The notes below the pieces were generated by a model. It had not been told where the DNA came from and searched no databases. It saw nothing but the letters and a program-made list of their open reading frames with translations. This document shows positions 35,793 through 44,672 of a stretch of DNA of 57,502 nucleotides, one piece after another. The position numbers and the translations under genes were made by a program. This DNA comes from Candidatus Pullichristensenella excrementigallinarum (GTDB lineage Bacteria > Bacillota > Clostridia > Christensenellales > Aristaeellaceae), in contig DVMU01000205.1 of assembly GCA_018714825.1 (NCBI GenBank), positions 1 through 57,502 of the forward strand. The letters run 5' to 3'. The stretch's first letter is position 1. Every line of letters begins with the position of its first letter.

Positions 35793-37433
35793 GTGCCTCT
35801 GGGCGGCTTGGGCGAAATCGGAAAAAATATGACGGTCTTTGAGTATATGGACGACATCGTGGTCGTGGACATGGGTTCCATGTTTCCCCAGGACGACATG
35901 CCGGGCGTGGATCTGGTCATTCCCGACTATACCTATCTGGAGAAAAACCGCGACCGCATCCGCGGCTATGTGATTACGCACGGGCACGAGGATCACATCG
36001 GCGCGGCGCCTTACATTCTCAAAAACCTGCCCGCGCCGGTGTACGGCACACGCCTTACGTTGGCGTTGGTGGCGCACAAGCTCAAAGAACACCATCATAT
36101 CGACGGCGTGCAACTCAACGTAATCGCGCCGGGCGACGTGATCGAACTGGGCCAATCGTTCAAAATCGAATTTATCAAGGTCACGCACTCCATCGCGGGC
36201 GCGTGCGCCCTGGCAATTCATACCCCGGTGGGCGTGGTCGTACATACGGGCGATTTCAAGGTGGATTTCACGCCCGTAGACGATGTGCCCATTGATCTCA
36301 ACAAATTTGCCGCGCTGGGTTCCAAGGGCGTGCTGCTTCTGCTGGCAGATTCCACCAATGTCGAGCGTCCGGGATACACCATGAGCGAAAAGACGGTTTG
36401 CCAAACGTTCAACAATCTCTTTGAACGCGCGCAGGGACGCATCATCATCGCCATGTTTGCCAGCAACATTCACCGCATTCAATCCGTGGTGGATTCCTCG
36501 GTGCGCTTCGGGCGCAAGGTGTGTCTGGTGGGCAGAAGCATGGTCAACATTGCCCGCGCGGCCACGCAGATCGACGAGCTGCGTATTCCGGAGGGCAAAC
36601 TGATTTCCGTGGATGACATCGATCGCTATGAGGACAACGAGATCACCGTCATCACCACCGGCAGCCAGGGCGAGCCCATGAGCGGGCTCTCGCGCATGGC
36701 CTTCGCGGAGCATCGCAAGCTCGAAATTCGCCAGAGCGACATGGTCATCGTATCGGCCACGCCCATCCCCGGCAATGAAAAATCCGTCAGCCGGGTGATC
36801 AACCAACTCGTGCGCACCGGCGCGGACGTGATTTATGAGGCCCTGGCGGATGTGCATGTGTCCGGGCACGCCTGTCAGGAGGAATTGAAAATTATTCATA
36901 CCCTGACCAAGCCCCGCTATTTCATGCCCGTGCACGGGGAATACCGGCATCTCTATCAGCACGCCCGCCTTGCGGAATCCCTGGGAATGCGCGAGGAGCA
37001 GATCCTGATCCCCGAAATCGGCGATATCATCGAGGTGGGCGAAACCGGCATTGCTACCGCCGGCTCGGTGCCTTCCGGCTCGGTTCTGATCGATGGGCTG
37101 GGCATTGGAGACGTGGGCGCGGTGGTACTCAAGGATCGCAAGCACCTTTCCGAAGACGGCCTGTTGATCGTCGTCATGGGAGTCGATCACGATCAGCGCG
37201 CGGTGGTCTCCGGTCCGGACATCATCAGCCGCGGCTTTGTCTACATGCGCGAGGCGGACGAACTGGTGGAAGGCGCGCGCCAGGCTGCGCGGCGGGCGAT
37301 CGACGCCTTTGGGTCAGTGGACACGACCGATTGGAATCATCTGAAAAACGACGTTCGCGACGCCGTGCAGCGCTATATCTTCGATACGCTCAAGCGCAAT
37401 CCGATGATTTTGCCCATCGTCGTGGAAATCTGA
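35793..37433 (+). CDS. rnj: ribonuclease J (beta-CASP metallo-beta-lactamase RNase)
   Basis: IVPLGGLGEIGKNMTVFEY, HGHEDHIGA, and beta-CASP motifs. GTG 35793 is the ORF-track start. The in-frame upstream codons encode a typical Lys-rich RNase J N-terminus (AQKKPKGKSPKLRI). A CTG at 35748 lies 7 nt after AAGGAGG, so the true start may be 35748. Confidence 0.92.
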   Translation: MPLGGLGEIGKNMTVFEYMDDIVVVDMGSMFPQDDMPGVDLVIPDYTYLEKNRDRIRGYVITHGHEDHIGAAPYILKNLPAPVYGTRLTLALVAHKLKEHHHIDGVQLNVIAPGDVIELGQSFKIEFIKVTHSIAGACALAIHTPVGVVVHTGDFKVDFTPVDDVPIDLNKFAALGSKGVLLLLADSTNVERPGYTMSEKTVCQTFNNLFERAQGRIIIAMFASNIHRIQSVVDSSVRFGRKVCLVGRSMVNIARAATQIDELRIPEGKLISVDDIDRYEDNEITVITTGSQGEPMSGLSRMAFAEHRKLEIRQSDMVIVSATPIPGNEKSVSRVINQLVRTGADVIYEALADVHVSGHACQEELKIIHTLTKPRYFMPVHGEYRHLYQHARLAESLGMREEQILIPEIGDIIEVGETGIATAGSVPSGSVLIDGLGIGDVGAVVLKDRKHLSEDGLLIVVMGVDHDQRAVVSGPDIISRGFVYMREADELVEGARQAARRAIDAFGSVDTTDWNHLKNDVRDAVQRYIFDTLKRNPMILPIVVEI

Positions 37434-37478
37434 ACCAAACATACCGGGCGTTCGTCCAATCCATTGGGAGGATACGCT

Positions 37479-37829
37479 ATGAATCCTTATGATCTTGCAC
37501 ATCAGCTCGCCCAATCCATGAAGGAGAGCGAGGAATACCGGGAATACCAGCGCCTGCGCGAATCCGCGTACGAAGATGAAACCAATCGCGCGCTCCTGGA
37601 TGAGTACAAGCGCCTGCAATTCCGAATGCAGGCCAAGCTCGCTTCCGGCGAAACCATGCCCGAGGAGGACTTCCAGCGTCTGCAACAGATCGGGACGCTC
37701 TTACAGTTCAATCCGGACGTGAGTTCTTATCTGTTGGCGGAATTCCGCTTCCAGCGGATGCTCTCGGAAATTTTCAAAATCCTGGCGGACGTGGCCAATA
37801 TTGACCTCGATTCCCTTACAAGGAGCTAG
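37479..37829 (+). CDS. YlbF/YmcA-family regulatory protein (UPF0342)
   Basis: MNPYDLAHQLAQSMKESEEYREYQRLRESAYEDETNRALLDEYKRLQF matches the YlbF family pattern. GGGAGG lies before ATG 37479. Confidence 0.8.
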   Translation: MNPYDLAHQLAQSMKESEEYREYQRLRESAYEDETNRALLDEYKRLQFRMQAKLASGETMPEEDFQRLQQIGTLLQFNPDVSSYLLAEFRFQRMLSEIFKILADVANIDLDSLTRS

Positions 37830-37831
37830 CC

Positions 37832-39118
37832 ATGGCAAGAAAGCGGCGCAAAAATGTGCGCAAGAACAACCTCTATACCCCGCAGCGGTACGACGAGCGA
37901 ACCCTGCACGAAGAGCGCGAATACGGCGTTTACTGGTATTCGTGGCTGTGGCGGATCTGTCGCCCGGTGCTGATCTTTTTGTGCTCCCTATTGATCGTGA
38001 TCGGAATCGTTACCATGGGCTGGAACAAGGTCTACGAAAAGTTTCTCATGCCCGTGGATGTGAACAACACCCAACCCGTTCGCTTCACCATTGAATCGGG
38101 CACATCCATTTCAAGCATCGGTTCACAGTTGGAAAAACAGCAGCTTCTGCGCAACGGGACGGTCTTCAAATACCTGGTGCAGTTCCGCGGCCTGACCGAT
38201 TCCATCAGTTATGGCACCTATAACCTCTCCCCCTCCATGGACATCAACGCCATCATCGACGAATTGAGTTCCGGAAGCCAGACCAACGAGCGCGTGATCA
38301 CCATCATCCCCGGTTGGACGGTGGAGGACATCGCCGACTACCTCTTTGAGGAAGGCGCCATCGCCACACGCGAGGAATTCCTCACCCTCTGCGAAGACGC
38401 GACCGCCTTTGCGGACGCCTCCTATCCGCTGAAGCTGGCGCAGGATGCGGGCACGCTCGAAGGGCGCAAATATCAGCTGGAGGGATACCTGGCGCCGGAT
38501 ACCTATCGGGTCTTCCGCTCGGCAGATGCGAGAAGCATCATCAATACGCTCATTGCCCAGACCAATACCGTCGTCGATTCGGTCTACTATTCCGATCACG
38601 TCTCGTATTATGTGGACTCCGAGGGCGTGACGCACGAGGTTGAACAGTTTGAAAGCACGCTCACCATGGATGAGACCATCATCCTCGCCTCGATGATCGA
38701 AAAGGAAGCCGGAAAGACTTCGGATTATGCCAAGGTTTCCGCCGTGTTCCACAACCGGCTCCAGGCAGGCTGGAAGCTGGAAAGCGATCCGACGGCCACC
38801 TATCTCTCCGGGGTGAACAAGCTGGCCTTGACCGACGAGGAAACCCAGGCGCAAAACGCCTATAACACCTACGTCATCGACGGTCTGCCCATCGGCCCCA
38901 TCTGCAACCCCTCCGCCGCGGCGATTGAGGCGGCGCTCTATCCGGACATGGAATACATCCAGCAGGGCTATATGTACTTCTGTGCCAAAGAGCCGACCTC
39001 CGGCGAACTTGCCTTCTCCATTACCCTGGAGGAACACGAAGCCAACGTCGCTCAGTATCGGCCCCTGTGGGAGGAATACGACCGCCGGCAGGCGAGTTCC
39101 TCGGAAGCAGAGGAATAA
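37832..39118 (+). CDS. mltG: endolytic murein transglycosylase MltG (YceG-like)
   Basis: Basic N-terminus plus a TM, a LysM-like region, and YceG catalytic blocks LASMIEKEAGK and FHNRL..G..L.SD.T..Y. Confidence 0.88.
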   Translation: MARKRRKNVRKNNLYTPQRYDERTLHEEREYGVYWYSWLWRICRPVLIFLCSLLIVIGIVTMGWNKVYEKFLMPVDVNNTQPVRFTIESGTSISSIGSQLEKQQLLRNGTVFKYLVQFRGLTDSISYGTYNLSPSMDINAIIDELSSGSQTNERVITIIPGWTVEDIADYLFEEGAIATREEFLTLCEDATAFADASYPLKLAQDAGTLEGRKYQLEGYLAPDTYRVFRSADARSIINTLIAQTNTVVDSVYYSDHVSYYVDSEGVTHEVEQFESTLTMDETIILASMIEKEAGKTSDYAKVSAVFHNRLQAGWKLESDPTATYLSGVNKLALTDEETQAQNAYNTYVIDGLPIGPICNPSAAAIEAALYPDMEYIQQGYMYFCAKEPTSGELAFSITLEEHEANVAQYRPLWEEYDRRQASSSEAEE

Positions 39119-39142
39119 TACGGCGTTCGAAATTTCTCTTTG

Positions 39143-39179
39143 CGCCGGCCGCAAAATGCGGCCGGCGTCTCGTTTTTTG
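39143..39179 (+). terminator. rho-independent terminator after mltG
   Basis: 10-bp stem CGCCGGCCGC / GCGGCCGGCG with loop AAAAT, then TCTCGTTTTTT. Confidence 0.75.
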
Positions 39180-39224
39180 AGGCAGTCGTTTTGCGCGCCG
39201 CTGCTCCTCTTTTCGCGGACAGGC

Positions 39225-39252
39225 ACACAGCCTCCCCTTTCGCAATAGGATA
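39225..39252 (+). promoter_or_regulatory. candidate mother-cell (sigma-E/sigma-K-type) promoter of sigK
   Basis: AC - 17 nt - aATAGGATA loosely fits the sigma-K AC / CATAnnnTA pattern. The match is weak. Confidence 0.25.
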
Positions 39253-39285
39253 GAGGGTATCCTGTTTTGAGGAGGTGCCCTTCCT

Positions 39286-39990
39286 ATGTTCTGGGTGGAA
39301 GCGCTTGTGTGGGTGTCTCAAAATCTATGGGCGCTGATCTTGCACCTTTCGGGAAAGCCCTCCTTTCCCAAACCGCTAAAAGCGGAAGAGGAGCGACAAT
39401 TGATCGACCGCATGGATCGGGGCGATTCTCAAGCGCGCGACAAACTGATCGAACACAATTTGCGTCTGGTGGCGCACATCGCAAAAAAATACCAAAATAG
39501 CGGCGTGGACGCAGACGACCTGGTATCCATCGGCTCGATTGGGTTGATGAAGGCAGTCAACACCTTCCGCGCCGATGCAGGGAAATTGACTACATATGCC
39601 TCGCGCTGCATCGAAAATGAAATCCTCATGTATCTTCGCTCCAATCGGAAAAATCGCAATACTGTTCTCCTCGAAGAGCCCATCGGCGCGGATAAAGAGG
39701 GAAACGAGATCTGCCTGATCGACCTGTTGGGCACCGATCCCGACGAAGTGCCCGGACAGGCGGAAATCTCCATCGAATCGGATCGGGCGTTGCTGCTCAT
39801 CCGCAAGGCCCTTGACGCGCGCGAGAGGCAGGTCATTCTCCTGCGCTACGGCCTGTCGGATGGAATCTGCCATCCCCAGCACGAGGTAGCCGCGCGCCTG
39901 GGCATCTCCCGGAGCTATGTCTCCCGCATTGAAAAAAAGGCGTTGGAGAAATTGGAACAGGCGCTCTGCCTTCCCCGCGGCGACAGGTAA
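39286..39990 (+). CDS. sigK: sporulation sigma factor SigK (pro-sigma-K), uninterrupted
   Basis: 234 aa. A hydrophobic pro-sequence is followed by SFPKPL, ARDKLIEHNLRLVAHIAKKY, ASRCIENEILMYLR, PIGADKEGNEI and ISRSYVSRIEKKAL. These are closer to SigK than SigE by eye. No skin-like insertion is present. Confidence 0.85.
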   Translation: MFWVEALVWVSQNLWALILHLSGKPSFPKPLKAEEERQLIDRMDRGDSQARDKLIEHNLRLVAHIAKKYQNSGVDADDLVSIGSIGLMKAVNTFRADAGKLTTYASRCIENEILMYLRSNRKNRNTVLLEEPIGADKEGNEICLIDLLGTDPDEVPGQAEISIESDRALLLIRKALDARERQVILLRYGLSDGICHPQHEVAARLGISRSYVSRIEKKALEKLEQALCLPRGDR

Positions 39991-40020
39991 TCCTCCGCCG
40001 CGTCCGCGCAAATGCGCCCT

Positions 40021-40048
40021 TTGCAACTTGCGCGGGATGTGCTATAAT
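40021..40048 (+). promoter_or_regulatory. sigma-A type promoter (extended -10) of the dprA-like gene
   Basis: TTGCAA - 16 nt - (TGc)TATAAT. Confidence 0.6.
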
Positions 40049-40079
40049 AGAAAATACCAATGTGCGCGGAGGGAATGCC

Positions 40080-41048
40080 ATGAATTACAGCGACGATTCG
40101 TTTGCGACCATGCTTTTGACCATGGCGCTCACTCCCAACCGCGCCGAATACGCGCGCCCGTTGAGCACGCAGGAATACCGGCGTATCTCGCAATTGGTGC
40201 AGGCAAGCTCCGTCGGACGGCTGGGCGGCCTTTTGCAGATGGATATCAGTGGGCTGATGCAGCTGTTGCGCCTGCCCGAGGAAGAAGCCTATCGCGTCTT
40301 TACGCTGCTCAATCGCGGCGTGCAGTTGAGTTATGCCCTGGAGGGTTTTTTACGGCGAGGGATTGAAGCGGTAAGCCTGTTCGACCACGAGTATCCCGAA
40401 CGGCTCAAGCGGCGCATGGGCAATCTCGCGCCGCCGATCCTGTTCCTCTCCGGCGATCGCGCTCTATTGGAAATGCCGATGATCGGCGTATTTGGAATCA
40501 GCGGGGTGAAAACCACCCAGGAAGTGCGTTCCAGCGTCGAAGCCCTGGTGCGCGGCGCAAAAGAGCGGGGATACGCCATCCTTACCGGCGGAGAGCTGGG
40601 CGTTTCGCGCGTCGCCGCAGGGTTTGCGCGCGAGATGGATGTGCCGCGCATCGATGCGCTGGGCGGCGGCATGGACGAGCATATCGGCCAGGAAGAAAAC
40701 GCCCTGCGCATCGCCGCAGGCCGTGCACTGGCCGTCTCCCTGGAGCATCCGGAATCCCTATTTACCGTCAGCCACGCCATTCTCCGCAACAAATTTTCCT
40801 TCGCCATGGCCGAAGCAGCGTTTGTTTTCAATACGGATCTCAAGCGAGGCGAGACGGATGCGATCAAAAATCGCCTCTGCGATTGGATCTACGCTTATGC
40901 CGGATGGCCGCAGAACCAAACCCTGATCTCTCGCGGCGCGACGGGGATCGGCGAGATTTCCGATCGTGTCTTTGCGGAGCTTTCTGTCCGCTGGCACGAT
41001 TCCCGCACCGAACAGGTCAGCATGTTCGATTTCCTGCAGGAGAAATGA
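40080..41048 (+). CDS. dprA: DprA/Smf-family (SLOG Rossmann-fold) protein, divergent
   Basis: 322 aa from ATG 40080, which follows GGAGGG. A helical N-domain is followed by the DprA-like layout PILFLSGD..MIGVFGISG..AILTGGELGVSRVAAG..LGGGMDEH..SLEHPE..ILRNKF. Several canonical positions are substituted. Confidence 0.6.
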   Translation: MNYSDDSFATMLLTMALTPNRAEYARPLSTQEYRRISQLVQASSVGRLGGLLQMDISGLMQLLRLPEEEAYRVFTLLNRGVQLSYALEGFLRRGIEAVSLFDHEYPERLKRRMGNLAPPILFLSGDRALLEMPMIGVFGISGVKTTQEVRSSVEALVRGAKERGYAILTGGELGVSRVAAGFAREMDVPRIDALGGGMDEHIGQEENALRIAAGRALAVSLEHPESLFTVSHAILRNKFSFAMAEAAFVFNTDLKRGETDAIKNRLCDWIYAYAGWPQNQTLISRGATGIGEISDRVFAELSVRWHDSRTEQVSMFDFLQEK

Positions 41049-41077
41049 TCTTTTCCGGGCGGCTCTCGAACGGTGCG

Positions 41078-41114
41078 AAAAACCCCGCGATGGACTTTTT
41101 CATCGCGGGGTTTT
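41078..41114. terminator. bidirectional terminator between dprA-like gene and the minus-strand mini-ORF
   Basis: 10-bp stem CCCCGCGATG / CATCGCGGGG, flanked by AAAAA and TTTT. Confidence 0.75.
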
Positions 41115-41142
41115 GTCGGCTCGGCCGATTCGGAAACGCCTC

Positions 41143-41274
41143 CTAACCGCCGAACAATTTGCGGAATCCCTCCGCAAAATCACCTGCCTGCAAATACAGT
41201 TTATACGCAATCAGGCATACAAGCGCCGTAAAAATCAGGCCCAAAAACAGCAGCACTCCTCTGGGCAGGCGCAT
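41143..41274 (-). CDS. small hydrophobic protein (43 aa, single TM), hypothetical
   Basis: MRLPRGVLLFLGLIFTALVCLIAYKLYLQAGDFAEGFRKLFGG. The ATG lies 1 nt after the stop of the Zn peptidase gene (TGACATG), and a terminator follows. No homology argument is available. Confidence 0.4.
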   Translation of the reverse strand: MRLPRGVLLFLGLIFTALVCLIAYKLYLQAGDFAEGFRKLFGG

Positions 41275-41275
41275 G

Positions 41276-41968
41276 TCAATCCCTCCTGTTGCCTGCGAGG
41301 ACAAGCAGCCGCAAAAGCTGCATAATCGCCATAAAGGCGGCCGCCACATATGTCAGCGCCGCGGCGGAGAGGACCTTCCGCGCCCCGACCAATTCCTCGC
41401 CTTCCAAATATCCCTGGCTCTCCAGAATCGCCAGCGCGCGCTTGGAGGCGTTGAATTCCACCGGCAGCGTGATCAGAGAGAACAGCACCGCCAGGCAAAA
41501 CAGGCCGATTCCCGCATAGAGAAGCGGCTCCCAGCTCATGATCAATCCCAACAGGAACAGCGGCCAGGAAAGCATGGAACCAATATTGGCCATCGGCACC
41601 GCAGCCGTGCGCAACATCAGCGGACCGTAACCGTCGCGATGTTGAAGCACATGTCCCGCTTCGTGCGCAGCCACGCCCAGCGCCGCAATGGATGTGGAAT
41701 TGGATGTGGAATCCGAAAGCCGAAGCACCATGTTCTTGGGATCGTAATGATCCGTCAAATTGCCCCGAACCCTCTCCACGGATACGTCGTATATGCCCTC
41801 CGCGTGCAAAAGCCGCTGCGCCATGTCCGTGGCGGTTAATCCCGAGCGGGAAGGAACCTTGGAATAGCGGTTAAACGTTCCGGAAACGCGAATCTGCGCC
41901 CACAGCGAGAGCAACAGCGCCGGGATCAAAAGCAGATATGTGGGATCAAAGTAAAATGGATACAGCAT
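41276..41968 (-). CDS. YugP-type membrane zinc metallopeptidase (Zn_peptidase_2 family)
   Basis: 230 aa. MLYPFYFDPTYLLLIPALLLSLWAQIRVSGTFNRY, then HEAGH zinc site (VAAHEAGHVLQH) and C-terminal TM helices. Confidence 0.85.
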   Translation of the reverse strand: MLYPFYFDPTYLLLIPALLLSLWAQIRVSGTFNRYSKVPSRSGLTATDMAQRLLHAEGIYDVSVERVRGNLTDHYDPKNMVLRLSDSTSNSTSIAALGVAAHEAGHVLQHRDGYGPLMLRTAAVPMANIGSMLSWPLFLLGLIMSWEPLLYAGIGLFCLAVLFSLITLPVEFNASKRALAILESQGYLEGEELVGARKVLSAAALTYVAAAFMAIMQLLRLLVLAGNRRD

Positions 41969-42103
41969 ATTCTAAGCCTCCTTATGGGCAATATCATACC
42001 ACGTTCCGGCGCTTTTTACCAGAGGAAGCCGCCAAAAACTGCATTCTTATCGCCCATCCGTCCGTATTTCCTTCCCAAAGCGCAGCATCCTTCTTCGCCG
42101 CGG

Positions 42104-42970
42104 TTATTTCCCATCCAAATCTATCCGCGCAATCTGCCAGGGCCCCTGTCTGCCCCCCGCCGGTACGGCATGATACCACACCGGCCTGGCCACGGCTAAC
42201 CTCTCCGCCTCCTGAAAAAACAGCGCCACCGCGCTTCGTCCGTCCGGGTGTGCGCACAGCATGGGTCCGCATCCGATCGCGTCCCGGCATATCTCTTCCA
42301 GCAATCCCCGATTCCGAAGCTCCGGCGCAAGATAGTTTTCCGCCTCCCCGCAGAGCCCCAGCATCTCCGCTTCCAGCGCGCACAACGCGGTATTTTCCGG
42401 CGTCAGGGGCCAATGGGGCGCGCCCTGCATCCAGGCGTTTTCGCTGGAAATCCGCGCAAATCCCTCCGCGTCCACCGCCCAATGCTCAATGCGCGCATGG
42501 CCCGCGCGATCCGAAAGATCGATCACTGCCGTAAGCCGCCTTCCGGAATCCAGCCGCAAATTGCTTGCCCGCAATCTCCCCCGGGGAATCCCATTGAGAT
42601 CTTCAAAAACCGCCGTCTGCTCGCCGTCCGCGCGGCCCATCAGCAGCGTGCCTTCCGGAAACGCAATGCGCTCGAGAATTTCCTCCTGCGCGGGTTCTTC
42701 TTCGCCGAAAAGCTCCAATTCCACCGCGCCGCCCGGCCAGGCAAGCGCCCATACGTCCTCGGGCACGTCCGACGGCTTTCCCTCTGCAAAGCGGATCTTT
42801 CGATTCAGCGCCTCGCCTTTGGCGGTCAGCGGCCGATATTCCAGATAGACCGATCCCTGCGGCGAAACGGGCGCGACCAATTTTTCCTCCGCCGAACATT
42901 CTCCGGCAAAACGCCCGTTCAGATAGATCATTCCCGGCCAATTCGCGGAAATCAACAGCGTCGGCTGCAT
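42104..42970 (-). CDS. hypothetical protein, no recognisable domain
   Basis: 288-aa ORF with balanced, soluble-protein-like composition. A strong RBS GGGGAGGTGGGGAG lies directly before ATG 42970. It is co-directional with degV and acc upstream. I recognise no motif. Confidence 0.65.
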   Translation of the reverse strand: MQPTLLISANWPGMIYLNGRFAGECSAEEKLVAPVSPQGSVYLEYRPLTAKGEALNRKIRFAEGKPSDVPEDVWALAWPGGAVELELFGEEEPAQEEILERIAFPEGTLLMGRADGEQTAVFEDLNGIPRGRLRASNLRLDSGRRLTAVIDLSDRAGHARIEHWAVDAEGFARISSENAWMQGAPHWPLTPENTALCALEAEMLGLCGEAENYLAPELRNRGLLEEICRDAIGCGPMLCAHPDGRSAVALFFQEAERLAVARPVWYHAVPAGGRQGPWQIARIDLDGK

Positions 42971-43061
42971 CTCCCCACCTCCCCGAACAGACTATGCCCG
43001 GAGCAGGCGGCCGATGCGGCCGACGCCGTCCTCACGCGTTGAAGTTTTGTTGCGGCGACGC

Positions 43062-43898
43062 TCACAGATTGGGCTTATCGCCAATCCAGCTCACACCCAG
43101 ACAACCGATCCCCAGATGGATGCCCAGAACCGGGCCGACCTTGCGCATCTCCACGGCCTTGCCCTGTTCGCGCAACGCATTCGCCAATTTGAGCGCGCGC
43201 TCATCCGCCATCAGATGTTCCACCACGACCGACTGGCCCACATTTTCGGGAACGGCCTTGACCAGTGCGCGCCGCTGCTCGTTCTGCCCGCGCACCACGG
43301 CGTAGGAGAGAATGGACCCGTCCTCGCACTTGAGCATGGGGCGCAGATTGAGGATGGTGGAAACCGATTGCTTGATTCCGCCCAGGCGGCCGCTTCTGCG
43401 CAGCGGTTCCATATCGTCCACGGAGAAATAGGTGTAGGCCTGCTTGCGCATCTGCAAAAGACGGTCGGCGGCCTCGTCGATGGTCGCGCCGCGGAACAAC
43501 AGGCTCCGAGCCTCTCTGACCAGCAGATACAGGCCCGCGGCGGTGGTCAGGGAATCCACCACGCGGATCGGCGCTCCCGGCAATTCGCGCGCGGCGGTAA
43601 GCGCATTGGCAAACGTGCCGCTCAGCCGGGAAGACATCGTCAGGCATAGCACCTGATGCCCCGAGCGCGTCAATTCCTCAAACGCCTGCTGGAAGCGCGC
43701 GCAAGGCACCTGCGAAGTGCGCAGCGTTGTGGGATTCTCCCGGATCAATCGTTCAAAATCGCCGTTGTCATCCACATACCGCTCGTTGATGGGCGCGTTT
43801 GCGTCCACGCTATAGGTCATCGGGAGCACCATTACTCCCAGAGAAGCTGCTTCGGCGGCGGTCAGGTAAGCAGTGGAATCGGTAACAAGCACGATCAT
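43062..43898 (-). CDS. DegV family fatty-acid-binding protein (FakB-like), second copy
   Basis: MIVLVTDSTAYL.., TSQVP, and LTMSSRLSGTF. It starts 3 nt after the accA stop. Confidence 0.88.
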   Translation of the reverse strand: MIVLVTDSTAYLTAAEAASLGVMVLPMTYSVDANAPINERYVDDNGDFERLIRENPTTLRTSQVPCARFQQAFEELTRSGHQVLCLTMSSRLSGTFANALTAARELPGAPIRVVDSLTTAAGLYLLVREARSLLFRGATIDEAADRLLQMRKQAYTYFSVDDMEPLRRSGRLGGIKQSVSTILNLRPMLKCEDGSILSYAVVRGQNEQRRALVKAVPENVGQSVVVEHLMADERALKLANALREQGKAVEMRKVGPVLGIHLGIGCLGVSWIGDKPNL

Positions 43899-43901
43899 GA
43901 T

Positions 43902-44672
43902 TCAGCCTCCGATTTTGCGAAATTTCTGATAGCGATCGTTTAAAAGCGTAGGCACATCCTTGTTCTGCAATTCGCAAAGGGTCTGGCAGAGCGCTGCCTT
44001 CAATTCCAGATAAAGATTTTCAAAGCCCTGCTCCTCGGAAAAAACCCGCTCGATCACGCCAAGGGAGAGAAGATCCTGCGCCGTCAACTTCAAAGCCTCC
44101 GCGGCTTCCCTCGTGCGCGATGCATCCTTCCAGAGAATGCTCGCCGCGCCTTCGGGCGAGAGCACGGAATAAATGGCGTTTTCAAGCATCCAGACTTCGT
44201 CTGCCACGGCCAGCGCCAGCGCGCCGCCGCTGCCGCCTTCGCCAATGATTACGGAAATCACGGGAACCTTCAAGCCCATCATTGCCACCAGATTTTCGGC
44301 AATGGCCTGGCCCTCTCCGCGCTCTTCCGCGCCGATGCCGCAATACGCGCCCGACGTATCTACGAGGCAGACCACCGGGCGACCGAATTTCTCCGCCTGA
44401 TGCATCAGGCGAAGCGCCTTGCGATACCCCTCGGGATGCGCGCAGCCGAAATTGCGCAACACATGCTCCTTGGTATCCCGGCCCTTTTCAATGCCGATCA
44501 CCGTCACCGGCCGTCCCTCCAGCCGGGCGACTCCCCCGACGACGGCCGCATCGTCCCCGAAGCGGCGATCGCCGTGCAATTCAAAAAAATCCTCAAAAAT
44601 CGCCTGAATGAAGTCCACCGAGGTGGGCCGATCCTTCTGACGCGCAGCGGTTACTCGATCCCATGCCTGCAT
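43902..44672 (-). CDS. accA: acetyl-CoA carboxylase carboxyltransferase subunit alpha
   Basis: About 256 aa from ATG 44672. [55 protein letters not shown]. The ORF-track start at 44762 lies inside accD. Confidence 0.92.
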   Translation of the reverse strand: MQAWDRVTAARQKDRPTSVDFIQAIFEDFFELHGDRRFGDDAAVVGGVARLEGRPVTVIGIEKGRDTKEHVLRNFGCAHPEGYRKALRLMHQAEKFGRPVVCLVDTSGAYCGIGAEERGEGQAIAENLVAMMGLKVPVISVIIGEGGSGGALALAVADEVWMLENAIYSVLSPEGAASILWKDASRTREAAEALKLTAQDLLSLGVIERVFSEEQGFENLYLELKAALCQTLCELQNKDVPTLLNDRYQKFRKIGG

